DNA of 64,000 nucleotides, taken from positions 1,280,001-1,344,000 of the forward strand of contig JAXHLW010000013.1 of NCBI GenBank assembly GCA_034521815.1. Direction: 5' to 3'. A program made the translations under genes and the position numbers. Under the pieces are notes generated by a model. It was not told the origin of the DNA. It saw only the letters and a program-made list of their open reading frames with translations, and did no database searches. Within the stretch, counting starts at the first letter, position 1; every line of letters begins with the position of its first letter. Shown piece by piece: positions 44,201-54,916 of this stretch. Source of the DNA: Trueperaceae bacterium (GTDB lineage: Bacteria; Deinococcota; Deinococci; Deinococcales; Trueperaceae).

Positions 44201-45403
44201 GTGAGCCGCCCCAACCCTTCGGCGAAGGTCCGCCGCGGACCGCTCGGCCGGCTGAAGCCGAGCTACCTGGTCCTGCTGGCGCTGCTCCCGCTCGTGGTCC
44301 TGGTCTACGTACGAGACCCCGACTACCAGGCGGCGCTGCGGTTCCTGATTCCCGGTCTGCAGTTCACGATCTCGGTCACCGTGTTCGGGTACCTGCTCGC
44401 GTCGTTCCTGGGGCTCGCTCTGGCCGGCATGATGCTGTTGCCGCTGGGGCGGCGCACCGTTCCGGCGTTCGCGATCGTCGCGGCGCTGGCGCTGGCAGGT
44501 GGCGGCGTGCTGCTGGTCGCGCCCAGCGACGAGCTGGTCCTGGCCGGAAGCGCCCTGGGGCGCGTCGCGATCGTCCGCGGAACACCGTCACGACTGATCG
44601 ATCAGGTCCAGTCCGGAGCCTACGCCCAGGACGCGCCGGAGCGACGGTTCCTGAGCGCGCTCGACGCCGAAGCGGCGCTGGCCTACCTTCAGGAGGGCCG
44701 CGTGGACGCCGTGTTCCTCCCGGCCGAGCGGGTCCCAGAAGGCCTCCCCGAGCTGTGGCGCACGACGTTCCTGCCCGACTCCGCCCGCAACCCCGCGTCG
44801 ATGCTGCTCGCGGCCGGGGTGCTCTTGGCGTTGCTGGCGTTCGCCGCGCAGCAGAGTCGCGAGCACCCGCTGTCGATCTTCGCCGACCTGTACGTCGATC
44901 TGATCCGCGGCATCCCGATGCTGGTCGTGATCCTGTTCATCGGGTTCGTGCTGCCCGGCGCGATCCGTGATTTGACCGGGGGCCGGATCAGCATCCGCAA
45001 CGACTTGCTCAGGGGCGTGCTGGCGATCGCGATCGGCTACGCGGCGTACATGGCCGAGATCTTCCGGGCCGGGATCGAGGCGATCCCGAAGGGGCAGATC
45101 GAGGCGTCGCGCAGCATGGGCCTGGGCGGCTGGCAGACGGCCCGCTTCGTGGTGCTGCCGCAAGCGATCCGGATCGTGCTGCCGCCGCTCGGGAACGAGT
45201 TCATCGCCATGCTCAAGGACACCGCGCTGCTCTCGGTGATCGGCGTGGGCGACGTGACGCAGAAGGCGCGCGAGTTCGGCGCGGCGACGCTGAACCTGTT
45301 CCCGCCGTACAACAGCGCCGCGGTGGTGTACGTGGTCCTCACGCTCAGCGCGTCCAGCGTGCTGCGCTGGATGGAGCGCAGGACGGACGCCGGCCGCACA
45401 TGA
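44201..45403 (+). CDS. Polar amino acid ABC permease with inserted extracytoplasmic domain
   Basis: YVDLIRGIPMLV, AYMAEIFRAGIEAIPKGQIEA, LPPLGNEFIAMLKDT. Confidence 0.9.
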   Translation: MSRPNPSAKVRRGPLGRLKPSYLVLLALLPLVVLVYVRDPDYQAALRFLIPGLQFTISVTVFGYLLASFLGLALAGMMLLPLGRRTVPAFAIVAALALAGGGVLLVAPSDELVLAGSALGRVAIVRGTPSRLIDQVQSGAYAQDAPERRFLSALDAEAALAYLQEGRVDAVFLPAERVPEGLPELWRTTFLPDSARNPASMLLAAGVLLALLAFAAQQSREHPLSIFADLYVDLIRGIPMLVVILFIGFVLPGAIRDLTGGRISIRNDLLRGVLAIAIGYAAYMAEIFRAGIEAIPKGQIEASRSMGLGGWQTARFVVLPQAIRIVLPPLGNEFIAMLKDTALLSVIGVGDVTQKAREFGAATLNLFPPYNSAAVVYVVLTLSASSVLRWMERRTDAGRT

Positions 45404-46566
45404 GCGGACGGGTCGAGCCGGACGCGTGGGCCCGCGACGACGCCCCTGACCCGATGGTCCCCGTCGCCGAGGTGGATCTCGGCGCGCTGCGCCGCAACGT
45501 GGAGCGGCTGCGCCAGCGCACCCGACCGGGCACGCAGATGCTGGTCGCCGTCAAGGCGGACGCGTACGGCCACGGACTGCTTCCCGTCGCGCGCGCGCTG
45601 AGCGACGCCGGCGTCGACTGGCTGGGCGTCGCCGCGCCCGACGAGGCCGACCGCCTGCGAGCCGCCGGCATCGGCGGGCGGATCCTGATGTTCGGTCCGC
45701 TCAGAGGTCCTGCGCTGTCACGCCTCGTCGCCGCCGAGGTGGACCTCACGGTCACCGACACGAGCGACGTCGCCGCGGTCGCCGCGGCACGCGCCACGCT
45801 GGGCGACGACGCGCCGGACGCCCGGCTTCACCTCAAGGTGGACACCGGCATGGGCCGTTTGGGCCTGCGCCCGGAACGAGCGACCGGAATCGCCCGTGCC
45901 ATCGCGGACACCGACGGGCTGCGACTGGCCGGCGTGTGGACCCACTTCGCCTGCGCCGACGAGCCGTCGCGCGACGTCACCGAGGTGCAGCGGCAGGCGT
46001 TCGAGGCGACGCTGTCGGCTCTGGGCGCCGCCGGCCTGCAGCCTGAGCTGCGCCACGCGGCGAACAGCGCGGCGCTCCTGGCCTGGCCCTCCACCCATTA
46101 CGATCTGGTCCGTCCCGGCCTGGCGGTGTACGGCTACCCGCCCGGGCCGGAGCTCGCGACGCTCGCGGCCGATCTGGAGCCGGTCCTGACGCTCACGGCT
46201 CCCGTCGTGTTCGTCAAGCAGGTGAGCCGCGGCGACCCCGTGTCGTACGGCCAGCGCTGGCGTGCGCCCGGCGACACCACCGTCGCGACGGTCCGTTTCG
46301 GCTACGCCGACGGCTACCCGCGAGCGCTCACGAACCTGGGCGAGGCCACGTTGAACGGCCGCCGCTGCCGCGTGGTGGGCACCGTCTGCATGGACCAGCT
46401 GATGCTGGACGCCGGCGCCGCCGAGGTCGCGGTGGGAGACCGCGCGATCCTGTTCGGGCGGGGCGGTCCTGGCGCGGACGAGCTGGCGGCCCGGATCGGC
46501 ACGATCCCCTACGAGCTGTTGACGCGCCTGGGAGGGCGCGTCGTCCGACGCTACCGGGCGTCGTAG
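45400..46566 (+). CDS. alr: Alanine racemase
   Basis: AVKADAYGHG, HLKVDTGMGRLG, HAANS, RPGLAVYG, VSYG, GYADGYPR, VCMDQ. Confidence 0.95.
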   Translation: MSGRVEPDAWARDDAPDPMVPVAEVDLGALRRNVERLRQRTRPGTQMLVAVKADAYGHGLLPVARALSDAGVDWLGVAAPDEADRLRAAGIGGRILMFGPLRGPALSRLVAAEVDLTVTDTSDVAAVAAARATLGDDAPDARLHLKVDTGMGRLGLRPERATGIARAIADTDGLRLAGVWTHFACADEPSRDVTEVQRQAFEATLSALGAAGLQPELRHAANSAALLAWPSTHYDLVRPGLAVYGYPPGPELATLAADLEPVLTLTAPVVFVKQVSRGDPVSYGQRWRAPGDTTVATVRFGYADGYPRALTNLGEATLNGRRCRVVGTVCMDQLMLDAGAAEVAVGDRAILFGRGGPGADELAARIGTIPYELLTRLGGRVVRRYRAS

Positions 46567-46636
46567 CGGGCGCCGGCGGTCGCATGCGCCGGCCCACCGG
46601 CATGACGGGCGTCTTGCGTCCGCGCGGCGCCGACCG

Positions 46637-48169
46637 TCACCTGGACAGCGACGCCTCGGATCGACCGTTCCCTCGGCCGTTGACCGGACCGCTGGCCGAG
46701 CCGCCGTTCCCCGGCCCGGAGCCGTTCCCTGGCCCGGAGCCGTCGTCGGTCGCGCCTTCCGTCTCGTGCTCCTCCAGCGTGACGCGGACGCTGCTGACGC
46801 GACGCTCGTCCCCCTCGAGCACCTCGAAGCGCGCGCCGCCGTGCTCCAGGGCGTCGCCCACCCTGGGAATCGAGCCGAAGCGGGCGATCAGGAATCCGGC
46901 CAGCGTGTCGTACTCGCCTTCGTCCTCGAACACGATGCGGAGCGCGTCGCCGACCTCGTCGAGGTTGGCCGAGCCTTGCACCACGTACTCGCCGTCGGCG
47001 GCGGCCACGATGTCCTCGGCCTCCTCCTCGTCGGTCTCGTCGTAGATCTCGCCGGTGATCTCCTCGATGATGTCCTCGAGCGTGATCAGGCCGCTGGTCC
47101 CGCCGAACTCGTCGACGACGACCGCCATGTGGACCTTGCGGTGGCGCATGTCCCGCAGGAGCGCCAGGACCGACAGCGTCTCGGGCACGTACTGCGGCGG
47201 GCCCATCAGGTCGGCGACGCGCGTGGACGCCAGCGCCTCGGGCCGGCCGAGATACGGCAGCAGATCGCGCGCGTAGGCGATCCCGCGCACGTCGTCGATG
47301 CTGCCCGCGTACGCCGGGAGGCGGCTGTAGCCGTGCTCGGTCACCAGGGCGAGCATCTCGTCCAGGCCGTCGTCCTCGGAGACGGCGACGACGTCGACGC
47401 GCGGCGTCATGACCTCGCGCACGACGGTCTCCTCGAGGTCGATGATCCCCTTGATCATCTGCTCCTCCTGCGCCTCGATCACGCCGGACTCCTCGGCGCT
47501 CCGAAGCATCAGGCGGAGCTCGTTCTCCGTGATCAGCGGGGTGGTGGTCGGCTCCAGCCGCACCGCCCGCAGGATGAGCGTCGTGACCCAGGCGAAGAAG
47601 CGCCCGACCGGGTAGAGCACGATCGACAGCGCCCAGACCGGCCGGATGACGAGCCGACTGAACCCGACGGCGTTGTGGACGGCGATCGACTTGGGCGTGA
47701 TCTCACCGAAGACCAGGACGAGCAGGGTCATGATCCCCGTCGCCGATCCCACCGCCAACGACTCGCCGAACCCGTACTGCCGCGAGAGCTGGATCGAGAT
47801 CTGCGTCACCAGCGCGGTCGCTCCGATGTTGACGAGGTTGTTTCCGATCAGCAGGGTGGTGATGAAGCGTGTGGGCTGCGCCTCGAGCAGCGCGAACGCC
47901 CCGCTGGGATCGAGGCCCTCCTCGCGGATCTGCCGGATCTTCCACTCGCCAAGCGCCGTGAGCGCGGTCTCGGAGCCCGACAGGATGCCCGACAGGGCGA
48001 GAAGCACGATGAGCAGCGCGATCTGGCCGAACGAAACACCGCCGGCCACGTCGGCCGGCGTCTGGGCGAGCGCCACGGCGGGCGCGGCGATCACGATCAG
48101 CGAGAGGGGGAGAAGCGTGAGTATCGACGGGGGCCGCGATCGACTGGGAGGGGTGTCTTCGTCTTCCAT
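46637..48169 (-). CDS. Hemolysin/CNNM family (DUF21-CBS-CorC) transporter
   Basis: SGSETA, LLIGNNLVNI, GEITPKS, MTPRVD, YSRLP, VVDEFGGTSGLITLEDIIEEI. Confidence 0.92.
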   Translation of the reverse strand: MEDEDTPPSRSRPPSILTLLPLSLIVIAAPAVALAQTPADVAGGVSFGQIALLIVLLALSGILSGSETALTALGEWKIRQIREEGLDPSGAFALLEAQPTRFITTLLIGNNLVNIGATALVTQISIQLSRQYGFGESLAVGSATGIMTLLVLVFGEITPKSIAVHNAVGFSRLVIRPVWALSIVLYPVGRFFAWVTTLILRAVRLEPTTTPLITENELRLMLRSAEESGVIEAQEEQMIKGIIDLEETVVREVMTPRVDVVAVSEDDGLDEMLALVTEHGYSRLPAYAGSIDDVRGIAYARDLLPYLGRPEALASTRVADLMGPPQYVPETLSVLALLRDMRHRKVHMAVVVDEFGGTSGLITLEDIIEEITGEIYDETDEEEAEDIVAAADGEYVVQGSANLDEVGDALRIVFEDEGEYDTLAGFLIARFGSIPRVGDALEHGGARFEVLEGDERRVSSVRVTLEEHETEGATDDGSGPGNGSGPGNGGSASGPVNGRGNGRSEASLSR

Positions 48170-48284
48170 GTCCTGCGCGGAGTCTAGCATAGGGGCCTGC
48201 GCGGGCCCGTTCGGTGCGGCCCGCCGCGTTCCCCGTTCCGGACCGTCGGCTGAGGTATCCTCGCCTCCCTGAGGCGGAGGTGGC

Positions 48285-48887
48285 ATGGCGAACATCGTGG
48301 TGGAGGGTCCCATCGGCGTCGGCAAGACGAGCCTGACGAAGCTCCTGGCCGACGCGATCGGTGCCCGGCAGGTCCTCGAGGTGGTCGAGGAGAATCCGTT
48401 CCTGGCCGCGTTCTACCAGGACCCCGAGCGGTACGCGTTCAGCACCCAGTCGTTCTTCCTGCTCTCGCGCTTCAAGCAGTCGCAGGAGCTCGGGCAGGGA
48501 TCGCTGTTCGCGCGCCACGTCGTCGCCGACTACCTGTTCGACAAGGATTGGATCTTCGCGTCGCTGACCTTGCAGGGCGACGAGTGGGAGCTGTATCAGG
48601 ACCTGTATCGCAGCCTGCGTCCCAAGCTGGCGCCGCCCGACCTGGTCGTCTACCTCCGCGCCGATCCGGACGTGCTGCTGCCGCGGATCGCCCAGCGGGC
48701 CCGGCCGTTCGAGCGGAACATGGATCCCGACTACCTCCGTCGGCTGGGATCGGCGTACGACGCCTGGTTCGAGCACTGTCCCTACCCGCTGCACGTGATC
48801 GAGGCGTCCGACGTCGACTTCGTCGCCTCGCCCGCCGACCGGGATGCGGTCCTGGCCGACGTCCTGCAGCTCGCGAAGGTCGCCTGA
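48285..48887 (+). CDS. Deoxynucleoside kinase 1
   Basis: VEGPIGVGKT, ENPFL..FY, PDLVVYL, R.RPFE. Confidence 0.9.
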   Translation: MANIVVEGPIGVGKTSLTKLLADAIGARQVLEVVEENPFLAAFYQDPERYAFSTQSFFLLSRFKQSQELGQGSLFARHVVADYLFDKDWIFASLTLQGDEWELYQDLYRSLRPKLAPPDLVVYLRADPDVLLPRIAQRARPFERNMDPDYLRRLGSAYDAWFEHCPYPLHVIEASDVDFVASPADRDAVLADVLQLAKVA

Positions 48888-48893
48888 GCGACG

Positions 48894-49520
48894 GTGTACG
48901 TGGCCGTGGCGGGAAACATCGGCGTGGGAAAATCCAGCCTGACGAGGCTGCTGTCCGACCGCTACCGGCTGGAGCCGATCTACGAGTCGGTGGACGAGAA
49001 CCCGTACCTGCCCGACTTCTACCGTGACATGCCCCGCTGGGCGTTCCACTCGCAGATGTTCTTCCTGGCCGAACGCCTGCGCCAGCACCTTCGCCAGGTC
49101 AATCCGGGCGAACGCGTGATCCAGGACCGCACCATCTACGAGGACGCCGCGGTGTTCGCGCGCGCCCTGTGGCGCGACGGCGTGATGAACGACCGCGATC
49201 ACGAGAGCTACCGCCGGATGTACGAGGCGATCGCCGCCACGCTGCGGCCGCCCGACCTGCTCGTCTACCTGCGCGCCTCCGTCCCGACGTTGCGGGCGAG
49301 GATCGCGCTGCGGGGCCGAGGCTACGAGAGCGACATCGCGGAGAGCTACCTGGAACGGCTGAACGAGCTGTACGACGCGTTCGTGAGCGAGTACGAGCTC
49401 TCGAGGGTGGTCGTCGTTCCCGCCGACGACCTCGACTTCGTCGGCTCCGCCGCGGATCTCCGGCGAACGTTCGCGCTGCTCGAGCCTCTCGGCCTGGTGC
49501 CTCCGCTGGTGCGGAGCTGA
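48894..49520 (+). CDS. Deoxynucleoside kinase 2
   Basis: AGNIGVGKS, ENPYL.DFY, QDRTIYED, PDLLVYL, RGRGYE. Confidence 0.9.
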   Translation: MYVAVAGNIGVGKSSLTRLLSDRYRLEPIYESVDENPYLPDFYRDMPRWAFHSQMFFLAERLRQHLRQVNPGERVIQDRTIYEDAAVFARALWRDGVMNDRDHESYRRMYEAIAATLRPPDLLVYLRASVPTLRARIALRGRGYESDIAESYLERLNELYDAFVSEYELSRVVVVPADDLDFVGSAADLRRTFALLEPLGLVPPLVRS

Positions 49521-49542
49521 GGGAGAGGGAGGGGGCGGCGAG

Positions 49543-51047
49543 GTGCGCCTGCGTGACCTGGTGCGAGCGGCCTACCCCGAGCTGGCCGACGTGGCGTCGA
49601 GGCTGCCCGACACCGTCGTCACCGGCGTGGTGCAGGAAGCCGCCCGCGTCCGGCCGGGCGCCGTGTTCGTGGCTCGCCAGGGCGCCCGCGTCGACGGGCA
49701 CCGGTTCGTACCCGACGCGGTGGCCGCCGGTGCGGCGCTGGTCGCCGGCGTGCGTGCCGACGCCCCCCTCCGCGACCTGAAGGGCGTCCCGTACCTGCGC
49801 GTCCCCGACGATCGGAGCGCCGTCGCACGCTTGGCCGCCGCGATCCACGGACACCCCTCGAGGCGCGTCCGGGTGGTCGGCGTGACCGGCACCGACGGCA
49901 AGACGACCACCTCGGCCCTGCTCTGGTGGCTGCTGAGCGGCGCTTCGCCGACCGCGCTGGCCTCGACCGCGATGACGCGGATGGGGACGGAGGCGTCCGC
50001 CGCGACCGGCGGGTTCACGACCCCGGAGGCGGACGTCGTGCAGGCGTTCCTGGCCCAGGCCAACGATCACGGCATGACCCACGTCGTGCTCGAGTCCAGC
50101 TCGCACGGCCTGGCGCTGCGGCGCCTCGACGAGGTCGCGTACGCGCTGGCGGTGTGGACGAACCTGTCGCCCGAGCATCTCGATTTCCACGGCGACCTCG
50201 CCACCTACCGCGACGCCAAGGCGTCGCTGGTCCGTCGCGCCCCGCACGCGATCCTGAACCGCGACGACGACGCGTACGGTTCTTCGCCGGCGAGGCGTCC
50301 GCGTCGACCAGCTACGGCGAGCATCGCTCGGCCGATTGGCGACTGCTCGCGGTCCGGCCGGAGGGCGGCCGGCTGACGCTGCGCGTCGGAGCGCCGGACG
50401 GGCTGGAGCGCGAGGCGCACCTCCCGATGGTGGGCGACTTCAACGCCTGGAACGCCGTGGCCGCGCTGGCGGCCGCCGCGCACGAGGGCGGGGAGATCGA
50501 CGCCGCCACGGAGCGGCTGGCCACGTTTCCCGGCGTGCCGGGACGGATGCAGGTGATCCAGGCCCGACCGTTCGCGGTCGTCGTGGACTTCGCGCACACC
50601 GCGCCCGCCCTGGCGAAGGCGCTGGCGGCCACCACGCCCGCCGGGGGCCGCCGGATCGTCGTGGTCGGCGCCGCGGGCGAGCGCGATCCCGGCAAGCGAG
50701 CCCCTCTGGGCGTCGCCGCGGTCGCCGGCGCCGACCTCGCCATCTTCACCGAGGAGGACGCGCGCAGCGAGGATGTAGGGGCGATCCTGGAGCAGCTCGC
50801 CGCCGGCGCCCGCACCGCCGGCGGCGAGGAGGGCGCGGCCTTCGTACGGATCGGCGACCGACGCGAGGCGATCCGCGAGGCCGTCCGCCGCGCCCGGCCC
50901 GGCGACGTCGTCCTGCTGGCCGGGAAGGGCCACGAGACGACGCTGGAACGTGCCGACGGGGCCCGGCCGTGGAACGAGGTCGACGAAGCGCGCTCCGCCC
51001 TGGCCGCGCTGCACGCGACGAACGGCGCCCGGCGGCCGCTGCGCTAG
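49543..51047 (+). CDS. murE: MurE ligase; 1-nt deletion at ~50278
   Basis: GVTGTDGKTTT, TTPEA, ESSSHG, TNLSPEHLDFH in the first frame; GDFN..N, VPGRMQ, VDFAHT, GERD..KR, EEDAR, AGKGHE in the second. Confidence 0.9.
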
Positions 51048-51056
51048 AGTGGCCGC

Positions 51057-52346
51057 ATGCACGTACAGGATTTCATCGAGACGAAGCGCGACGGGCGCAC
51101 GCATTCGGAGGCCGACCTGCGCGCGTTCGTGAACGGGGTCGCTCGCGGCGAGGTCCCCGACTACCAGGCGGCGGCGTGGCTGATGGCCGTGCACTTCCGC
51201 GGCCTCAGCGACGAGGAGACGGCCGTCCTCACCGATGCGATGGCCGCGAGCGGCGACCGGCTGGACCTGTCGGGCCTCGCTCACACCGTCGACAAGCACT
51301 CCACCGGAGGGGTCGGGGACAAGACCACGCTGGTGCTGGCGCCGCTGTTGGCGGCGTGCGGAGCGACCGTCGCGAAGGTGTCCGGCCGGGGGCTCGGGCA
51401 CACCGGCGGCACGATCGACAAGCTCGAGAGCATTCCCGGCTACCGCACCTCGCTTCACGACGACGAGTTCCTGGACCAAGCCCGGGAGGTCGGCGTCGTC
51501 GTGACCGGCCAGTCGGGCGAGATGGCGCCGGCGGACAAGGTGCTCTACGCGCTGCGCGACGCCACGGCGACGGTCGCGTCGCTGCCGCTGATCGCCGCGA
51601 GCGTGATGAGCAAGAAGCTGGCCGGGGGCGCGGCGTCGATCGTGCTGGACGTCAAGGTGGGCCGCGGCGCGTTCATGGCGGACGCCGAGCAGGGCCGCGC
51701 GCTGGGCGCCACGATGCGCGCGATCGGTCGGCATGCGGGACGCAACGTCCGGGTGGTCCTGTCGGGCATGGAGCAGCCGCTGGGCCTGACGGTCGGCAAC
51801 GCCTTGGAGGTACGCGAGGCGATCGCCGCGCTGGACGGCGGCGGACCGGACGACCTGCGCGAGCTGGTGGTGATCCTCGCCGCCGAGGTCCTGGCGGCGT
51901 CGGGCCTGGACGCAGACCCGGAGCGGATCGCGGCCGCGCTGGACGACGGCTCGGCCCGGCGTCGCTTCGACCGCTGGATCGAGGCCCAAGGGGGCGACCT
52001 GGACGATCCGAACGCCCTGGCGCTCGCACCGGACCGCGCCGAGATCGCCGCCCCGAACGACGGCGTGCTGGCGGACCTGGACGCGCTTCAGGTGGGGCGG
52101 GCGGTGCGTCTGCTGGGTGGTGGCCGCACCCGCAAGGACGACCCGGTCGACCTCGGCGTAGGCGTCGAGCTTCACGCCAAGATCGGGTCGCCCGTCCGGC
52201 GCGGCGAGGCGGTCGCGACGGTGGTCCACCGCGACGGTCGGGGCCTCGACGAGGCACGTGCCGTGCTGACCGGCGCCATCCGCATCGCCGACCATGCCGA
52301 GGCGCTGCCGCTGGTGCTCGAGACGCTGGGCGCCGGGCGCACGTAG
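51057..52346 (+). CDS. pdp: Pyrimidine-nucleoside/thymidine phosphorylase
   Basis: DKHSTGGVGDK, SGRGLGHTGGTIDKLESIPG, SVMSKKLA, VLDVKVG.GAFM. Confidence 0.95.
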   Translation: MHVQDFIETKRDGRTHSEADLRAFVNGVARGEVPDYQAAAWLMAVHFRGLSDEETAVLTDAMAASGDRLDLSGLAHTVDKHSTGGVGDKTTLVLAPLLAACGATVAKVSGRGLGHTGGTIDKLESIPGYRTSLHDDEFLDQAREVGVVVTGQSGEMAPADKVLYALRDATATVASLPLIAASVMSKKLAGGAASIVLDVKVGRGAFMADAEQGRALGATMRAIGRHAGRNVRVVLSGMEQPLGLTVGNALEVREAIAALDGGGPDDLRELVVILAAEVLAASGLDADPERIAAALDDGSARRRFDRWIEAQGGDLDDPNALALAPDRAEIAAPNDGVLADLDALQVGRAVRLLGGGRTRKDDPVDLGVGVELHAKIGSPVRRGEAVATVVHRDGRGLDEARAVLTGAIRIADHAEALPLVLETLGAGRT

Positions 52347-53225
52347 ATGCTGTACGCAGCGATCCCCAAGGAGCGGCGCGAGCGATTCGCCCGTCAGCTG
52401 GTGCTTCCAGAGCTGGGGCCGGAGGGCCAGGTCGCCTTGGCCGGCGCGTCCGTGCTGGTGGTCGGCGCGGGCGGGCTGGGCTCGCCGGCGATCGCGTACC
52501 TGGCGGGATCCGGCGTCGGGCGGCTCACGATCATCGATCCGGGCACCGTTCGCCGTGCCGACCTGCACCGCCAGATTCTCTACCGCGACGCCGACGTCGG
52601 GCGGGCGAAGGCCGCCCTGGCGGCAGGTCGGGCCCGCGAGGTCGATCCCGAGCTTCGTGCCGAAGGCGTGCAGGAGGCGTTCGAGCCGTCGAACGGTCGC
52701 GCGTTCGTTCGCGATCACGACGTGGTCGTCGACGCCAGCGACAATCCCGCCACCCGCTACCTGGTCAGCGACGCCTGCGTGCTCGAAGGGCGGCCGCTGG
52801 TGTTCGGCGCGGTCTCCCGGCTCGAGGGGCAGATCGCACGGCTGGCGGGGGGCGACGCGGGGGGCGACGCGCCGTGCTACCGCTGCCTCTACCCCGAGCC
52901 GCCTCCACCCCAGTCGATCCCGTCGTGCGCCGAGGTGGGGGTCCTGGGTCCGGCAGCGGGCGTGATCGGCGCCTGGATGGCGTTCGAGACGATCCGCACC
53001 GTGGCGGGACTCGCCAGCGCTCCGCCGCAAGGTCTGCTCCACGTGGACCTCGCGAGCTGGTCGCAGCAGCGTGTTCGTGTGGCCCGCCGGCCGGACTGCG
53101 CCATCTGCGGCGACACGCCGGTGATCACCGAGCTTCGCCTGGAGCTCGCCGCCTGCGATGCCGGCGAGCCGTACCCTGGCGAGACGCCGGCTCGCGGTCC
53201 AGCCGCTGGCCTTGACGTGACGTGA
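52347..53225 (+). CDS. moeB: MoeB/ThiF family adenylyltransferase
   Basis: [36 protein letters not shown]. Confidence 0.85.
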   Translation: MLYAAIPKERRERFARQLVLPELGPEGQVALAGASVLVVGAGGLGSPAIAYLAGSGVGRLTIIDPGTVRRADLHRQILYRDADVGRAKAALAAGRAREVDPELRAEGVQEAFEPSNGRAFVRDHDVVVDASDNPATRYLVSDACVLEGRPLVFGAVSRLEGQIARLAGGDAGGDAPCYRCLYPEPPPPQSIPSCAEVGVLGPAAGVIGAWMAFETIRTVAGLASAPPQGLLHVDLASWSQQRVRVARRPDCAICGDTPVITELRLELAACDAGEPYPGETPARGPAAGLDVT

Positions 53226-53241
53226 TCACCTCGTCTATACT
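53212..53241 (+). promoter_or_regulatory. Sigma70-type promoter for the tRNA
   Basis: TTGACG-18 nt-TATACT, 14 nt upstream of the tRNA. Confidence 0.75.
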
Positions 53242-53255
53242 CTTCTTTGCGCCGC

Positions 53256-53332
<77 letters not shown>

Positions 53333-53340
53333 ACCGCCGC

Positions 53341-53364
53341 GAGGGGCCCCGGAAGGGGCCCTTC
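53341..53364 (+). terminator. Hairpin after the tRNA
   Basis: GAGGGGCCCC-GGAA-GGGGCCCTTC; weak U-tract. Confidence 0.55.
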
Positions 53365-53433
53365 GTCGTGCAGGTAGTCGTGCAGGGCAGTCGTCGCATG
53401 GACTCCCACCGGCAGCGCCGACGGGAGGAAGTC

Positions 53434-54432
53434 ATGACCGACTTCACTGACGATCTCAACGAACACGCCCCACGAGAAAACGCCCCACGAGATGATGGCA
53501 GCACCACGGACGCCGTGCCCGAAGCGGCGATGCGGTCGGGGTTCGTCGCCATCCTCGGCAAGCCGAACGTCGGCAAGTCGACGCTCCTCAACACCATCCT
53601 GGGCGTCAAGGTGGCTCCGATCAGCGCCAAGCCGCAGACCACACGGCGCGGCGTGCGCGGCATCTGGACCGACGTTCCGGCCCGGCGCCAGCTGGTGTTC
53701 GTCGACACGCCGGGACTCCACAAGGGACGCACCGCGCTCGACAACTTCATGTCCCGGGAGATCCGCGGAGCGGTGGCGGACGTCGAGGTCGTGCTCTGGG
53801 TGGTCGATCTGCGCAGACCCCCCGGGGACGAGGACCGGGACGTCGTGCGCCTGCTTCGCGGCATCGATCCGGCCACCCCGGTGTTCCTGATCGGCAACAA
53901 GCTGGACGTCGCGAAGTACCCGGACGAGGCCATGGAGCTGTACGCCGACCTGGGAGCCACCATCACGCGGCGCTACATGCTGTCCGCCCAGAACGACCCC
54001 AAGGCCGTCTACGAGCTGCGTGACGACCTGCTGGACCTGCTGCCCGAGGCGCCGTACTACTTCCCCGAGACGCTCAGGAGCGACCAGTCGCGCGAGCAGT
54101 GGGCCGGCGAGCTGATCCGCGAGAGCGCGATGACGCACCTGTACCAGGAGCTGCCCTACACCGTGGCCGTGAAGGTGGACGATTGGATCGACGCGGACGA
54201 AGAGGCGGACCAGCCGCTGATCATCCAGGCCGAGATCTGGGTCGAGAAGCCGCAGCACCGTCCGATCGTGATCGGCCACGGCGGACGGATGATCCGCGAG
54301 ATCGGTCGCACCGCCCGCAAGCAGCTCGAGATCTTCCTCGACCAGAAGATCTTCCTCGATCTCGAGGTCGTCGTCCGTCGCGACTGGCGGATGGACACGG
54401 AGGCGTTGCGCGAGCTGGGGTACGACGGCTGA
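53434..54432 (+). CDS. era: GTPase Era
   Basis: [31 protein letters not shown] domain QELPY...IG.GG. Confidence 0.96.
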   Translation: MTDFTDDLNEHAPRENAPRDDGSTTDAVPEAAMRSGFVAILGKPNVGKSTLLNTILGVKVAPISAKPQTTRRGVRGIWTDVPARRQLVFVDTPGLHKGRTALDNFMSREIRGAVADVEVVLWVVDLRRPPGDEDRDVVRLLRGIDPATPVFLIGNKLDVAKYPDEAMELYADLGATITRRYMLSAQNDPKAVYELRDDLLDLLPEAPYYFPETLRSDQSREQWAGELIRESAMTHLYQELPYTVAVKVDDWIDADEEADQPLIIQAEIWVEKPQHRPIVIGHGGRMIREIGRTARKQLEIFLDQKIFLDLEVVVRRDWRMDTEALRELGYDG

Positions 54433-54433
54433 C

Positions 54434-54784
54434 GTGCCGATCTTCGCTCGCTGGCGTCCGTTGAGCTCGCTGCCGGAGCGTCGCGGTCGTGATCCGCTTC
54501 CCGGCGTGTACGAGATCGCGGACGGCGACCGCCTCACGATCTACGTCGGCCAGTCGGGGCGCGACGTTCCGACCCGGATCCGCCAGCACCTCGCCGCCGG
54601 TGCCTGCGTCGCAGGCCGGGCGGCGTACTGGCGTATGGCCGAGAGCCGCGTGCCCCAGGCCGAGGAAGCGGACCTGCTGACCCGTCACCTGGCGCGTCAC
54701 GGCGCGCTGCCTCCGTGCAACGAGGCCACCCCCAGGACGCGCGACGCGCTGCGCCGCTACCGCGAGCGGAGTCGTGGCGGCTGA
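54434..54784 (+). CDS. Small GIY-YIG-like protein
   Basis: PGVY...IYVGQS...RI.QH...E...PPCN. Confidence 0.65.
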   Translation: MPIFARWRPLSSLPERRGRDPLPGVYEIADGDRLTIYVGQSGRDVPTRIRQHLAAGACVAGRAAYWRMAESRVPQAEEADLLTRHLARHGALPPCNEATPRTRDALRRYRERSRGG

Positions 54785-54828
54785 CGCAGAAACACCGTCT
54801 CCGTCGGTACGGGTGCGAACTTCCGTAC

Positions 54829-54857
54829 TTGTGGGGGTTTTCCGGCCGTGCTAGAGT
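54829..54857 (+). promoter_or_regulatory. Putative promoter of the OMP gene
   Basis: TTGTGG-17 nt-TAGAGT with TGn extension. Confidence 0.55.
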
Positions 54858-54916
54858 CGCGAAAGACGGGACGGCAGATCCGCGTCCTGAATCTCGTGTT
54901 CCTTTGGAGGGATCCC

